Below are positions 51,707 through 63,142 of a DNA stretch of 64,000 bases, piece by piece (positions within the stretch are counted from its first letter, which is position 1; every line of letters begins with the position of its first letter). Origin of the DNA: Octopus sinensis. Lineage: Eukaryota. The stretch lies in the NCBI RefSeq assembly GCF_006345805.1, contig NC_042998.1, positions 185,442,001 to 185,506,000 on the forward strand, read 5' to 3'. A program made the translations under genes and the position numbers. The notes below the pieces were generated by a model. That model was not told the origin of the DNA and did no database searches. It worked only from the letters and a program-made list of their open reading frames with translations.

Positions 51707-51817
51707 CAGGTTTTCAAGGATTTTTTCTTTACTAAGAAAATGTCTTGATGTATCAAGCAAAATACCTCTGTGCTTAAATCTGGGTTTATCTTCTACTACG
51801 GTCTCGTTGATGAGAAA
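51707..51817 (-). CDS. HEXB: Beta-hexosaminidase exon (111 bp)
   Basis: [37 protein letters not shown]; AG / GTAAGG. Confidence 0.96.
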
Positions 51818-53165
51818 CTACAGAGAAAAATAAAAAAGGAAAAAATATCACTGAAACAATAAATGCAAATAGCAGCAATGAATGACCAGTTAATCGACCC
51901 CATTCTGCAGCAGCTATCCCCAGCTCTTACAGACATATGAGAATAAACCAAACAGTGAAGAGAGTGCAAGAGAATATCTAGAAAGTTATGTCTCAGCCCA
52001 TATAATTCATCATTGCATGCAGGAATAATGTAATATGGTCCATGGCCAGGCAGAGACATAGTATCATATAAGATGGATTCATGGGTCACATCTAACCAAC
52101 TGATTACTTGTGTGCCATGGAACTGCTCAATCTGGGGCTGCAACAGAAAATACAATCAATGTAGAGCTTCTATGTAGTGTTCAGCCCTGATAGAAATAAT
52201 GTCCAAATTTTCTTCAAACAAACTTCTGGAAGAAAAGACAGTGTCGTCATGGCTAGAATGGATTTTGATCACAGGCGTATCTGTTCTCTTTGGATTGATC
52301 TAGGGCTAAACAGCAAAAACTGTTAGCTAAATAATGACCAATGTTTTACCAGCTTTTAATCACATCCTGTCATTGATGACAAACCAAGTTTAGTGTTATC
52401 ATTCCATCAAACTTGCATTTTTAACGCCCTCTTACCAGTCATTGGCAATATTTGAGTGTAGATATCAATGACAGCTCTATATTTCTGGGATCCAAAATGA
52501 GCAAAGATCAAGAATATAAAAGCAAATTAGGAAGACAATTGGAATTGGTTTGAAATACTGTCTGGGTTGGTACCTTTGTACGAAATCCAAGGCTTTGAAT
52601 ATGTTAATTTTCTCTATTGTGTTGCCTACCTGTGTGGCTTAGACACTTTACACACTTGATAGAATAAAAATGCCTTCAAAATGTGTTGGTTAGTGTAGCA
52701 AGTATTATGTCCCAATATGTTTTTAATCAAAACTTCAATATTTCAAAAATATATCCAGGAATTGGAAAGGATAAATTTTTTGGAGTAGTATCAATAAGTA
52801 AGAAATAGATGATAAATATAAAATGTGTAAAATTTTTGAATATGCACATAACAAAACTGATCATTCAGCAATAAAATGTGTTGATGATTTATCATTGAAA
52901 CAGGCTTCACAAGTTAAAAATATTTCAAGTGTATATGAATCACATGTAGGAACTTCAGTAAGTAACTGGAGAACCTTAGCATCATTTAGGCCAACATTCT
53001 TGAACTTTGGTTCTTTCTTGTTTTTGCATTCATTTTTTAAATTCTTTCTTTCTTTTAATTTTTAAATCATATTTTTTTGTTCTTCAATTTGGTTTTCAAG
53101 CTTATCTTTACATATGGTTGTGAGTGTTGGATAATAAACCAAGAGTATGATTGTAAATACATACA

Positions 53166-53338
53166 TAGGCGTAGGAGTGGCTGTGTGGTAAGTAGCTTGC
53201 TTACCAACCACATGGTTCCGGGTTCAGTCCCACTGTGTGGCACCTTGGGCAAGTGTCTTCTACTATAGCCTCAGGCCGACCCAAGCCTTGTGAGTGGATT
53301 TTGTAGATGGAAACTGAAAGAAGCCTGTCGTATATATG

Positions 53339-53369
<31 letters not shown>

Positions 53370-53579
53370 GTATGTATCTGTTTGTGTATGTGTTTGTCAC
53401 CCCAACATCGCTTGACAACTGGTGCTGGTGTGTTTACGTCCCCGTAATTTAGCGGTTCGGCAAAAGAGACTGATAGAATAAGTACTAGGCTTACAAAGAA
53501 TAAGTCCTGGGGTCGATTTACTCGACTAAGGCGGTGCTCCAGCATGGTCACAGTCAAATGACTGAAACAAGTAAAAGAG
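53166..53579 (+). mobile_element. SINE family A
   Basis: Full head and tail. Confidence 0.9.
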
Positions 53580-54833
53580 CTGTAATGGGGTTCCTCTGAA
53601 GGATCTCTAGAGTAACATTACTTGACAAGATGCATAGCTCAGGTTGTGGAGACGTAGCAGGTTGAGCCGCTACTTTTCCACTTTGAGAAATCACAGCTCT
53701 GGTACTATAGACATGCGATTAGAATGCTGCAGGAAAGTATTGCAAGATGGATTCTTCAAGCCAAACCAATCAGCAGGAGACCTGGGAGTAGGCCAAGAAT
53801 GAAATGATTGGATAACATCCATAATCTCAGTTGGTCAGGCTTGGGGACATACTGGAATGTCTAATGAAAGTTGCTTTCAATAAGACCCTATGGAATTGTA
53901 GCTTGAGGACAGCTACCCCAACAACCATCCAAGGAATAGTGAGCAAAGAAGATGAATGGATTTCATTCTTCATTTTTACTTAATCATTTTTCTTCCTTTG
54001 TCCTCTTCATGATTTTGAATTTTACACACCCATTTTCTTTGTAGCAAGTAAAGTATTTATCTTTTGGTAAAAGTATGTCCTTAACATAACTAGGACCACA
54101 TCTCAAAGATTGGCCTTTCTCTTTAGGGCTAGAAAATAGTTTAGTCTCAACAATTAGAGACACTCAACAAAGCTCATGTGAGGCCTACTATGGAATATTA
54201 CTCATATTTAGGATGGTACAGCTGTTGCACACACAAAGAAAGACCATTCAAATAACTGGCATAAAGTGACTCACAGACATGCTCCAGCCATTGCCCCACA
54301 GACTGGTTGTCTCTTCTACTTTTTCTCCATAGCTAAAATAGCCTCTATTCCTCAGAGATGATTGGTCTCAGGCACTGTTGACTCACTTGTCCAAACCTCT
54401 TTTCATCACTTACTCTGTGTCCTGCCCCATCAAACTTAACATTAATCAGTGTCCCAAGTCTTTTCTCCCAACAAATTATCATCTTCCAGAACCTCTACAT
54501 CTTTCCTGCAGGTATTGACTCGCAACAGTTTAAACAAAATGTCATCTACATTGATCCCACAAACCTTAGAAGCCTGCAGATGCCATGGTCACAGATCCTT
54601 CCTCAAGTCTCAACAAGTGAAATAAAAAAACAAAAATGGAAATATGTAAAAAAAAAAAAAATCTCCCGATATTCATAATCTCTCAAACAAATGCTGTAGT
54701 CAACATTTTGTAGATTTGGAGAAAGTATTTCAGTAAGATGTTTCAACTGTAAAAAAAAATATCAAATACAGAATATTACAATATATGACATTACGAATCA
54801 GGACCAGTAGGCCTATCATATCTCTAACCTTAA

Positions 54834-55137
54834 CCCTTTCATTACTGTATTTATTTTGAGATGCTCTGTGTTTCTTTCAATTACTTTAAATATAACAAAG
54901 AATTTAGTAAAATAACTAAGTTATCATTAAGCTAGTGTTAGGAACATAAATTGTGACTAAGGTTTGGTGGAAGATTTTAATTCAAAACTTATGAAAACAA
55001 GACATTTGTACTACAGAGCCTGAGTTGGTTTCAGCTGGGTTGGTAACGAAAGGGTTAAACAAGAAATTCATTCAATTGAATTGGGATATTTACAAAATCT
55101 GAGAGAAAAAGTTTCAGCCAGGTTGGTAACGAAAGGG
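54834..55137. mobile_element. Composite piggyBac-like MITE with two right ends and a 55 bp captured segment
   Basis: Right TIR + TTAA at 55054-55058, 55 bp insert 55059-55113, second right TIR + TTAA ending 55141. Confidence 0.8.
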
Positions 55138-55297
55138 TTAATCTGAATCACACCAAGTGACTGGATACCTGGAGAAGGATGATATAACTAGCAAAGTTAT
55201 TTAACAAATCCTTGGATTAAAATACTATCATTCATCATTTGTTCATGATAAAAGTACTTCAAGGAATAATTCAGAAATAAATTATTACTGCACTTAC

Positions 55298-55413
55298 CGT
55301 TCCACTTTCAGTTTCATATACAAGTTGGCTAAATGTTTCCAAGCCATGGAGTGCACCCCAAACTGTAGTAGCAACTAATGTTGATGCACCATCAGCTTTG
55401 ATCACAAGCAGAT
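55298..55413 (-). CDS. HEXB: Beta-hexosaminidase exon (116 bp), most 5' exon found
   Basis: (Y)LLVIKADGASTLVATTVWGALHGLETFSQLVYETESGT; AG / GTAAGT. Confidence 0.94.
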
Positions 55414-55673
55414 CTAAATAATAAAAATAGATTTTCAACAAATATTTTAAACTTTGAAATGTGTGCATATATATATATCAATCATCATCATCATCGTTTA
55501 ACGTCTGTTTTCCATGCTAGCATGGGTTGGATGGTTCAACCGGAGTCTTGGAAGCCAGGAGGCTGTGCCAGGTTCCAGTCTGATTTAGTAGTGTTTCTAC
55601 AGCTGGATGCCCTTCCTAACGCCAACCACTCCGTGAGTGTAGTGGGTGCTTTTTATGTGCCAATATATATATA

Positions 55674-55709
<36 letters not shown>

Positions 55710-56235
55710 CTGTATATGAAATCGGTCCGATATGGTAATAATGGAATGTTTTATAAATTTCTGTCGACCTTTTTTCGAGTAGCGTGCATATTGTGAAAAA
55801 ATTATATTGTTAAAGGACAATATGTCCAATTTTTTGACATATCTGGCATTAGAAATTTTTTCGTTTGCCCTTAATTATGAATTGTTTATAGATTTAACCT
55901 TTAAAGGTATTTTTTGATATGCTGGCCATTAATAAAATTTCTTTTGAAAAATAATATATATTTTTTTTTTTGAAAAAAATTTTATCCTTCATTAGATATG
56001 TCTGTATATGTTTATGCGTGTGTTTTTGTGTCTTGCATGTGTATGTGTGTTTGTGGGTAATCACCAAACCCACAAGAACTTGAACACTTTTTTAATATGT
56101 ATTTTATCTTGTTTGAATTCGATCATTCTAAGAGTATATTTTAAATCCAATACTTGTCAAGTGGTGGTGGTGGATGACAAACACAAATGCAATGACACAC
56201 ACAAAGATAGATATATACATACATACATATATATA

Positions 56236-56467
56236 TTTCTTTACTACCCACAAGGGGCTAAACACAGAGGAGACAAACAAGGACAGACAAATGGATTAAG
56301 TCGATTACATCGACCCCAGTGCGTAACTGGTACTTAATTTATCGACCCTGGAAGGATGAAAGGCAAAGTCGACCTCGGCGGAATTCGAACTCGGAACGTA
56401 ACGGCAGATGAAATACGGCAATGCATTTCACCCGGCGTGCTAACGTTTCTGCCAGCTCGCTGCCTTA
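56236..56467 (-). mobile_element. SINE family B
   Basis: Matches 3925-4154; sits in a (CATA)/(TA) tract. Confidence 0.85.
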
Positions 56468-56897
56468 CATACATATATGTGTGTGTGTATTTTACACACA
56501 CATACACACAAACACACACTAACAATATGATTCTTTCAATTTCAGCCTACCAAAACCTATCACAAGGCTTTGGTCAGTTCAGGGTTACAGCAAGAGATAC
56601 TTGCTCAAGGTGCCACGCAGTAGGACTGAACCTGGAGCAAAGTGCTTGGGAAGCAAACTTCTTACTATACAGCCATGTTGTTAATTTTACCACATGTTGT
56701 TAGTACATGTCAGTCACATGAAGTAGAAAGTGTTCCTTGTTGCGAGCTGTGAAAATGTTATCAATAACACCATTTAATCTGTGTATGATGATGTGACTGC
56801 AATATCTCTGATGGAATAACAAAGGCAGGCAAAAGATTTGTCACATGGACGAGGAGGAGTGCAATAAGGAAATAAAGCCAATGTACATGAATAGTAT

Positions 56898-57293
56898 ACT
56901 CTTTTACTTGTTTCAGTCATTTGACTGCAGCCATGCTGGAGCACCGCCTTTAGTCGAGCAAATTGACCCCGGGACTTATTCTTTGTAAGCCCAGTACTTA
57001 TTCTATCGGTCTCTTTTGCCGAACAGCTAAGTGACGGGAACGTAAATACACCAGCATTGGCTGTCAAGCAATGCTAGGGAGACAAACACAGACATACAAA
57101 CACATACACACATACATATATATACATATATACGACAGGCTTCTTTCAGTTTCCGTCTACCAAATCCACTCAGAAGGCATTGGTCGGCCCGGGGCTATAG
57201 CAGAAGACACTTGCCCAAGATGCCACGCAGTAGGACTGAACCCGGAACCATGTGGTTGGTTAGCAAGCTACTTACCACACAGCCACTCCTGCG
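56898..57293 (-). mobile_element. SINE family A
   Basis: Reverse-oriented full copy. Confidence 0.9.
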
Positions 57294-57825
57294 AATGAAA
57301 GAAACTAAATAGTGCATGTTATGGAAGATGGAATCAACTAGGCTATGAGTCTACCTGAGAGTCATGTATGATGTGTTTCTATATTCAACCATTATTTGAT
57401 GGAAAGGCTGAATTGACACTACTGATTGTCACCAATATGATGGTTGTGCTTCACTGGAAAATGTTTTGGTAACATGCAAATCATTCTTTGCAGTGTATGC
57501 CTATAGCCATAACCAAGTTGTGAGTATCCATACTTATGTACTAAACAGCAATGCAGTAAGAATCAAACACAAAGTTGCATCTGGTTTTTTCAGATGGAAG
57601 CACGGAAAGAACAATGCAGGAGAATAAACAAGGAAAGGTTGCTTATGAGTGAACGGTGCAGGTAAATTTGAAGGAAACATTCATGCTCCTAAACCATAAA
57701 GGATCATCTTGACATTCTGGTATAGTCTAACTTTACAAAAAAGTTCTAATTGCTGAGTTAATGATGAATTGGAAAAGCAATATGAAGAGAGCATAGGAAA
57801 GGAAGAGCCTGAAAATATAAAAGAA

Positions 57826-58223
57826 CTAGCAGTATCGCCCAGCATTGCTCGGGTTTGTTTCGACCCTTTAGAACTGGAATTTTTGAAAAGTAAAAATTTT
57901 GCATTATGTAGCTTTTTATTCTCTTTAAGTGAACATTTTTCTGGTTGAAATAAATACACCGAAAAATGGCGACACAGCAGTAATGAAAATCGTAAAAAAT
58001 AGGGATTTTCATACAAAAAAAGCACCTTTTTTATGTAAATAATTTTTGGTGTTAACATGGTCCGATTTGAATTTTTTTCTTCTACAGAAGGAAGAGCAAG
58101 CCTTCTTCTATCATACTCTCAATATTGGTCAACTTGCGGCACAGGGTCTCGGAGGAGATAGTGTTAGTTGAAGGCTACCAAACCTGCCATACACAGACAA
58201 CTTCAGCTTTATACATAGAGAGA
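57826..58223 (-). mobile_element. Non-autonomous Helitron, second subfamily
   Basis: A|TC start, hairpin cccgagcaatgctggg, CTAG|T end; interior differs from 46437-46883. Confidence 0.75.
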
Positions 58224-59703
58224 TTAGAGAATCATGTGAGGCACTGGGATGGCAGTGTATGATACTTCCAGTAGACGTGGGTTATCATGGGTTTGTGGCT
58301 AGACCTATAATGTCTTACCTGGCCGGTAGTGAACTTATGAACAAAGAAGCAATTCATGAACTGAAGAGAGAAGCAGAAAATGTTCTATCATAGATGTGGC
58401 TGAGATGTGTGAAAGAGGGAACAAAATTGAGAACAAATAACATATTTTCTGTGAATGAAGTAATCCCTGTATAGCTGGAGTGGTTACTTTGATTGTTGTG
58501 GTGGCTGCATGGATGACAGAGGGAAAAGCAAACTACAGAATGGGTTAAAAGAACCCACACATCACCTGATAGCATCAATGCTAATAAGTACCACTTGTAG
58601 GGATGATGCTGTCAGAAGGTACTGACATTGTGATTATCTCCAACAAATAACTGATGAAGGGTGTGAAATATTGTGGTGAAACATCCACTGATGCATTTTT
58701 TAAATTTTATTATTATTATTAGGAAGAATGCAGCAGCCATGACCCTTTACAAGGCCTTCAAGCTTGGTAGAAAGGAGGGAGTGAGTTCTCAAATAAGAGA
58801 TCTGGCGAGAATGCTTGCAACAGAGATGAGACTGCTAAAGACATCGAAGTTACCAGATGGTGGTGTTAGACAAGGTGATGAATAAAGTCTACCATCCATG
58901 TAGGCCATGATACAATCTCAATTCAGAACATAAAGCACCAGAACAAACACCACAAGGCATCTATTCTCATTTTCTTATAGTTCCCCCAATCCACTATCTT
59001 GGATTGATACTTTTTATTGATTCTGAAAAGATGAAACGCAAAGTTGATCTTGGTGGCATTTAAATTCAGAATGAATATAGGATGGAACAAGTATCACAAG
59101 ACATTCTAATAAATGTACTAATCACTCTGCTAATTTGCCTTTTATGTAATTAACTCGTAAATTACATAACATCATATGACCTAATGAAAACTGAAATAAT
59201 TGCTTGATGTCCTATAATATGACTTTCTACAATGTGAGAAATCATATTCACCAATGTACTAAAAAGCTAAGTCATAAAACTATTTTGTTTATTTTTAAAA
59301 AGCTTTTGTTCTTTTAATTTAATAACAACTCATCATAGAACATAAAAATAATTAAAATACATAATTATATAAAATTTAAAAATCTACAGCAAATAGAATG
59401 CAAAATTGCCATTAGAACAGCAAAAATACTGAGTAAATTACCCTTATAAAGCAGAAAAATGTATCAGCGACCAGCCATGGGAGTGCTGTTCTAATGGCAA
59501 TTCTGCATTCAGAAAAATATCTTATTTGTATCATTCTATACACATTTCAATACTTATAAAAACAAATGTTTGTTTATATTTATACATTACAGCAAATAGT
59601 TTATTGTAAAAAAAAAAAAAAAATGGCTCACATATTTATTTATTTATTTATTTATTTATATGTATCAAATGAAATAAAATGAAAAACAGGACACAAAGGA
59701 TGT

Positions 59704-59798
59704 CACGGTACATATGTTTCGAGCTTTATAGAACAACTTATTCTTACATCAATGCATAATCGACATAACAGATAGTTCAAAAGCCCTCTTCAGCCGCA
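59704..59798 (-). ncRNA. Minimal type I hammerhead ribozyme (left-arm copy)
   Basis: Reverse complement of 60001-60095 with one loop difference. Confidence 0.85.
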
Positions 59799-60000
59799 TG
59801 CAATTGCTACACCAAAGACTTGTATCAAATTATGAAAGGTTTGAGAAAGAACATTTGGTATTATTTATAATGGTAGGTAAACCGAGTTACAAACATACTT
59901 TCCCAGTGATATTCGGTTCACCTACCATTATAAATAATACCAAATGTTCTTTCTCAAACCTTTCATAATTTTGATACAAGTCTTTGGTGTAGCAATTGCA

Positions 60001-60095
60001 TGCGGCTGAAGAGGGCTTTTGAACTATCTGTTATGTCGATTATGCATTGATTTAAGAATAAGTTGTTCTATAAAGCTCGAAACATATGTACCGTG
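60001..60095 (+). ncRNA. Minimal type I hammerhead ribozyme, canonical core
   Basis: Stem I tgcgg/ccgtg, core CUGAAGA (60006-12), stem II gggcttt/aaagctc extended by gaac/gttc, GAAA (60079-82), palindromic ACATATGT stem III, GUA cleavage site after 60090. Confidence 0.85.
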
Positions 60096-61751
60096 ACATC
60101 CTTTGTGTCCTGTTTTTCATTTTATTTCATTTGATACATATATCCTCTCACCTATGCTACTAGTTGGCATATACAGGTGCTTACATTTATCAAGTATTCA
60201 CTCTGAATTTATTTATTTATTTAATTATTTAGGCTTTGTTTATTTTAGTAAAGAATGTATCGCTATAGCATGCACATATATACTGGTGAGTTAGAAGTGA
60301 TTACTTCAGAATGAAGAAAACCTATATGGTTAAGAATTAATCAGAGGCAGTAGTGAACTAGCCAACACGATTCAGATTTATCAGAAAATGTGCCAGTGCT
60401 AAGAAATCAAAGAGTAGATTTAGATTTGAATAGCTAATGAATACAAACAATGTAAGATATAATTAAATGAATAGTTAATGAGAGCCAGGAAACTGATACA
60501 CTACAATGACCTAAAGAAAATAGCCACTGCTAGAATGACAACTGTAGACTAAGAATACAAAGTTTTCAGAGTAAAGCATTTTGGACTGGATGAACATACA
60601 TGTAAAGATATGTCAAAATGTATTGAATATTACAATATTGCATGCTCACAAATAAAACATCATCATCATCATTTAACGTCCGTTTTCCATGCTAGCATGG
60701 GTTGGACGGTTCGACCGGGTTCTGGTAAGCCATGGAGGCTGCACCAGGCTGTAGTCTGATTTGGCAGTGTTTCTACAACTGGATGCCCTTCCTAATGCCA
60801 ACCACTCTGTGAGTGTAGTGGATTTTTTTTCTACGTGCCACCAGCACAGGGGCCAGAGCAGTCTGGCAAACGGCCACGATTGGTTGTTGCCTTTAGGTGT
60901 CACCGACACGGACGCCAGTCAGGCGGCGCTAGTATCTGCCACGTTTGGACGGTGCTTTTTACGTGTCACTGGCACGGGTGTCTTAACTACAATTTCCATT
61001 TGAATTTTTATTTTGACGTTGACGTTCTTGACTCAACAGGTCTCCTCAAGAACAGCGGGTTACTCTACGACCATCCTGCGAGCAATGAACTCACTTCATT
61101 TGTCATGTTTAAATGTCATGTTTAAATCTCTGTAAATTTTCTGAGCAAAAATTTGATGAAAATAAAAATGGAAAGCTTAGAAGTAGTGTAGAAGTGTTTT
61201 AATATATTTTTTTTAAAATATATACCCTTAGCATATATTTCGATGCATGTGAAGGGGTATGTCACATCATCATCATCACCATCATCATTTAAGATCTGTT
61301 TTCTATGCTGGCATGGAGTGGATGGTTTAACAAGAGTTGTTGAAAGGTTTTGTAAGTTGGTGACCTCGTTGGTGCCAGTGCCAAGTAAAAAATACCCAAT
61401 ACATTCTGTAAAGTGGTTGGCATTTGGAAGGGCCTTCAGCCATAGAAATCATGCCAAAGCAGAACTTGCCTAACAGATTCTGATAGCATTTCACAATGCT
61501 TTAACAATCTTGCAGTACTTATCTCCGTTGAGTAAGGTACTACAAGGTTGTTGAAAGCCTCAAATTAGTACAGTTTGTCCTAACCTTACAATTTAAAGAT
61601 ATCTAAATTTTAAGATTAGACCACATTATGTCTTAATTTGTAGTCAGTTGTGAAATACATCTTTCCATGAGGCACTAATTTCTAACAAATGCAGATACAT
61701 ACAATGAATCAGATACGAACAAAAGCACATTGATTGATATTTATATCTATA

Positions 61752-61793
<42 letters not shown>

Positions 61794-62329
61794 GGAGAGC
61801 ATTGTATAACAATGCACTATAATACAAATATTGGACAATGATAACAGTTGTAATTTAGTCATCCATTGTCTGATATGATATTTCAGAATAATATTCCTTC
61901 TTCAGATATTCTTAGATGGAGTCGCTGTTATAATTGGTTTTCCAACGGCTTTTCTTCTTTATTATTTTTTTTGAAGCATCTCAACAGTGGTCTCATTCCA
62001 GAATTCCTCATGAGAATTGCGTGAGGTCAGCCATGCCTCAATCTCATGTGTGCTGGTACATCCGTAGCGCTGCTTCTAAGTTATGTAATATACGTGCAGT
62101 TTCCTTTTTTCCCCCTTCTCTTTTTGTTTTCTTTTTTTTGTTATAAACTACCGATGAGCATATTATCAAAAATGAACCTACATGCATCCAGATGTATCTA
62201 AATAATGTATTGATTACCAGCCTCCAGCCTGTTGTTAATTTGGGGCCCTAGTCTGTGTATGATTATAGCTTCCTTAATTCTTAAATTACCCAAATTTCTT
62301 TCCTTGGCCTCACTTGTGACTGTTATGCT

Positions 62330-62640
62330 TTTGTTGGTGTCCCAACTTTGTCCTGTCCACATATATATTCTTCTTTTGCATCCTCATCCCCACATATAAT
62401 GCTGTTACTGTATTCTGCTTCATTATGTTTCTGGTGGTTTCTGATGGAGAGGCTTTGGTTTTGTGCCACATGGAAAAATCCTTCAGTCTCTGCTCTGAGT
62501 CCTATGCTTCTCAGTCAGTGTTGTGATCTTTCTTTATCTATTTCCTTTCTGTTCGGTTTATTCCAGCATTTGCCATGAAGAGGCTTTACTTGCTACCATT
62601 TTATCATTGCAATTTGTCATCACACAGTTTCAGTTTAGAT
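62330..62640 (-). mobile_element. Degenerate R4/Dong-like non-LTR fragment
   Basis: KW*QVKPLHGKCW...IDKERSQH*LRSIGLRAETEGFFHVAQNQSLSIRNH fits the W..KPLHG...WL...ETEG...AQ.Q.L.TRN pattern. Confidence 0.6.
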
Positions 62641-62884
62641 GTTAGTAGCTTTCCAATTTTTGTTGTTACTCCTGTATTTTTGTTGTTACTCCTGTTCTTT
62701 CATATCTTTGCTTTGTATTTTTCCGCTTCCTTTAAGACAGAAACATTTCCCTTTTGTTTTGTTCATGTTTTGTAGCCATTTGTATCAGATTTTTCTTGAT
62801 TCTGAATTAGATATTTTTATATTTGGCATTCCTTCAATTATGATGATCAGTGTTCAAATTTATTCATTAAACAAAACCGGTTTG

Positions 62885-63142
62885 TGAAATTAATTTTCAT
62901 GTGGCTGAGCATTCCGCAGACATACATAAACTTAATGTAGTTCTCAAGGAGATTCAGCGTGACACAGAATGTGACAAGGCTGGCCTTAGTACACAGGTAC
63001 TACTCATTTTTGCCAGCTGAGTGAACTGGAGCAACATGAAATAAAGTGTCTTGCTTAAGGACACAACACGCCACAAGGTATCAAACTCATGGCCTTACAA
63101 TTGTGAGCCAAATACTATAATCACTAAACCACATGTCTTCAC
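62885..63142 (-). mobile_element. Further tRNA-derived SINE family (older)
   Basis: Head gaagacatgtggtttagtg...gagtttgatacc, then tgtgtccttaagcaagacactttatttcatgttgctccagttcactcagctggcaaaaatgagt. Confidence 0.55.

Larger units (their letters stand above)
21207..55413 (-). other. HEXB: Beta-hexosaminidase (GH20, HEXA/HEXB family) gene, 5'-incomplete; 11 coding exons
   Basis: Exons splice in one frame (1226 nt; C-terminal 407 aa plus stop) with GT-AG ends. Motifs [41 protein letters not shown] (catalytic DE), [25 protein letters not shown]. The invertebrate gene is likely co-orthologous to HEXA and HEXB, so the symbol is approximate. Confidence 0.95.
59657..60142. mobile_element. Non-coding head-to-head palindrome (229/230 bp arms, 27 bp spacer), probably a Penelope-like terminal repeat
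   Basis: Arms 59657-59885 and 59913-60142 differ at only a few positions; each carries a hammerhead. Confidence 0.85.

Noticed and set aside
51796-52155. 119 aa ORF with a hydrophobic C-terminus resembling a signal peptide or TM segment
   Set aside because: The hydrophobic part is the polypyrimidine tract of the hexosaminidase acceptor at 51818, read in another frame.
58651-58685. CTGATGA...GAAA hammerhead-like motif
   Set aside because: No stem II pairing and no stem I partner.
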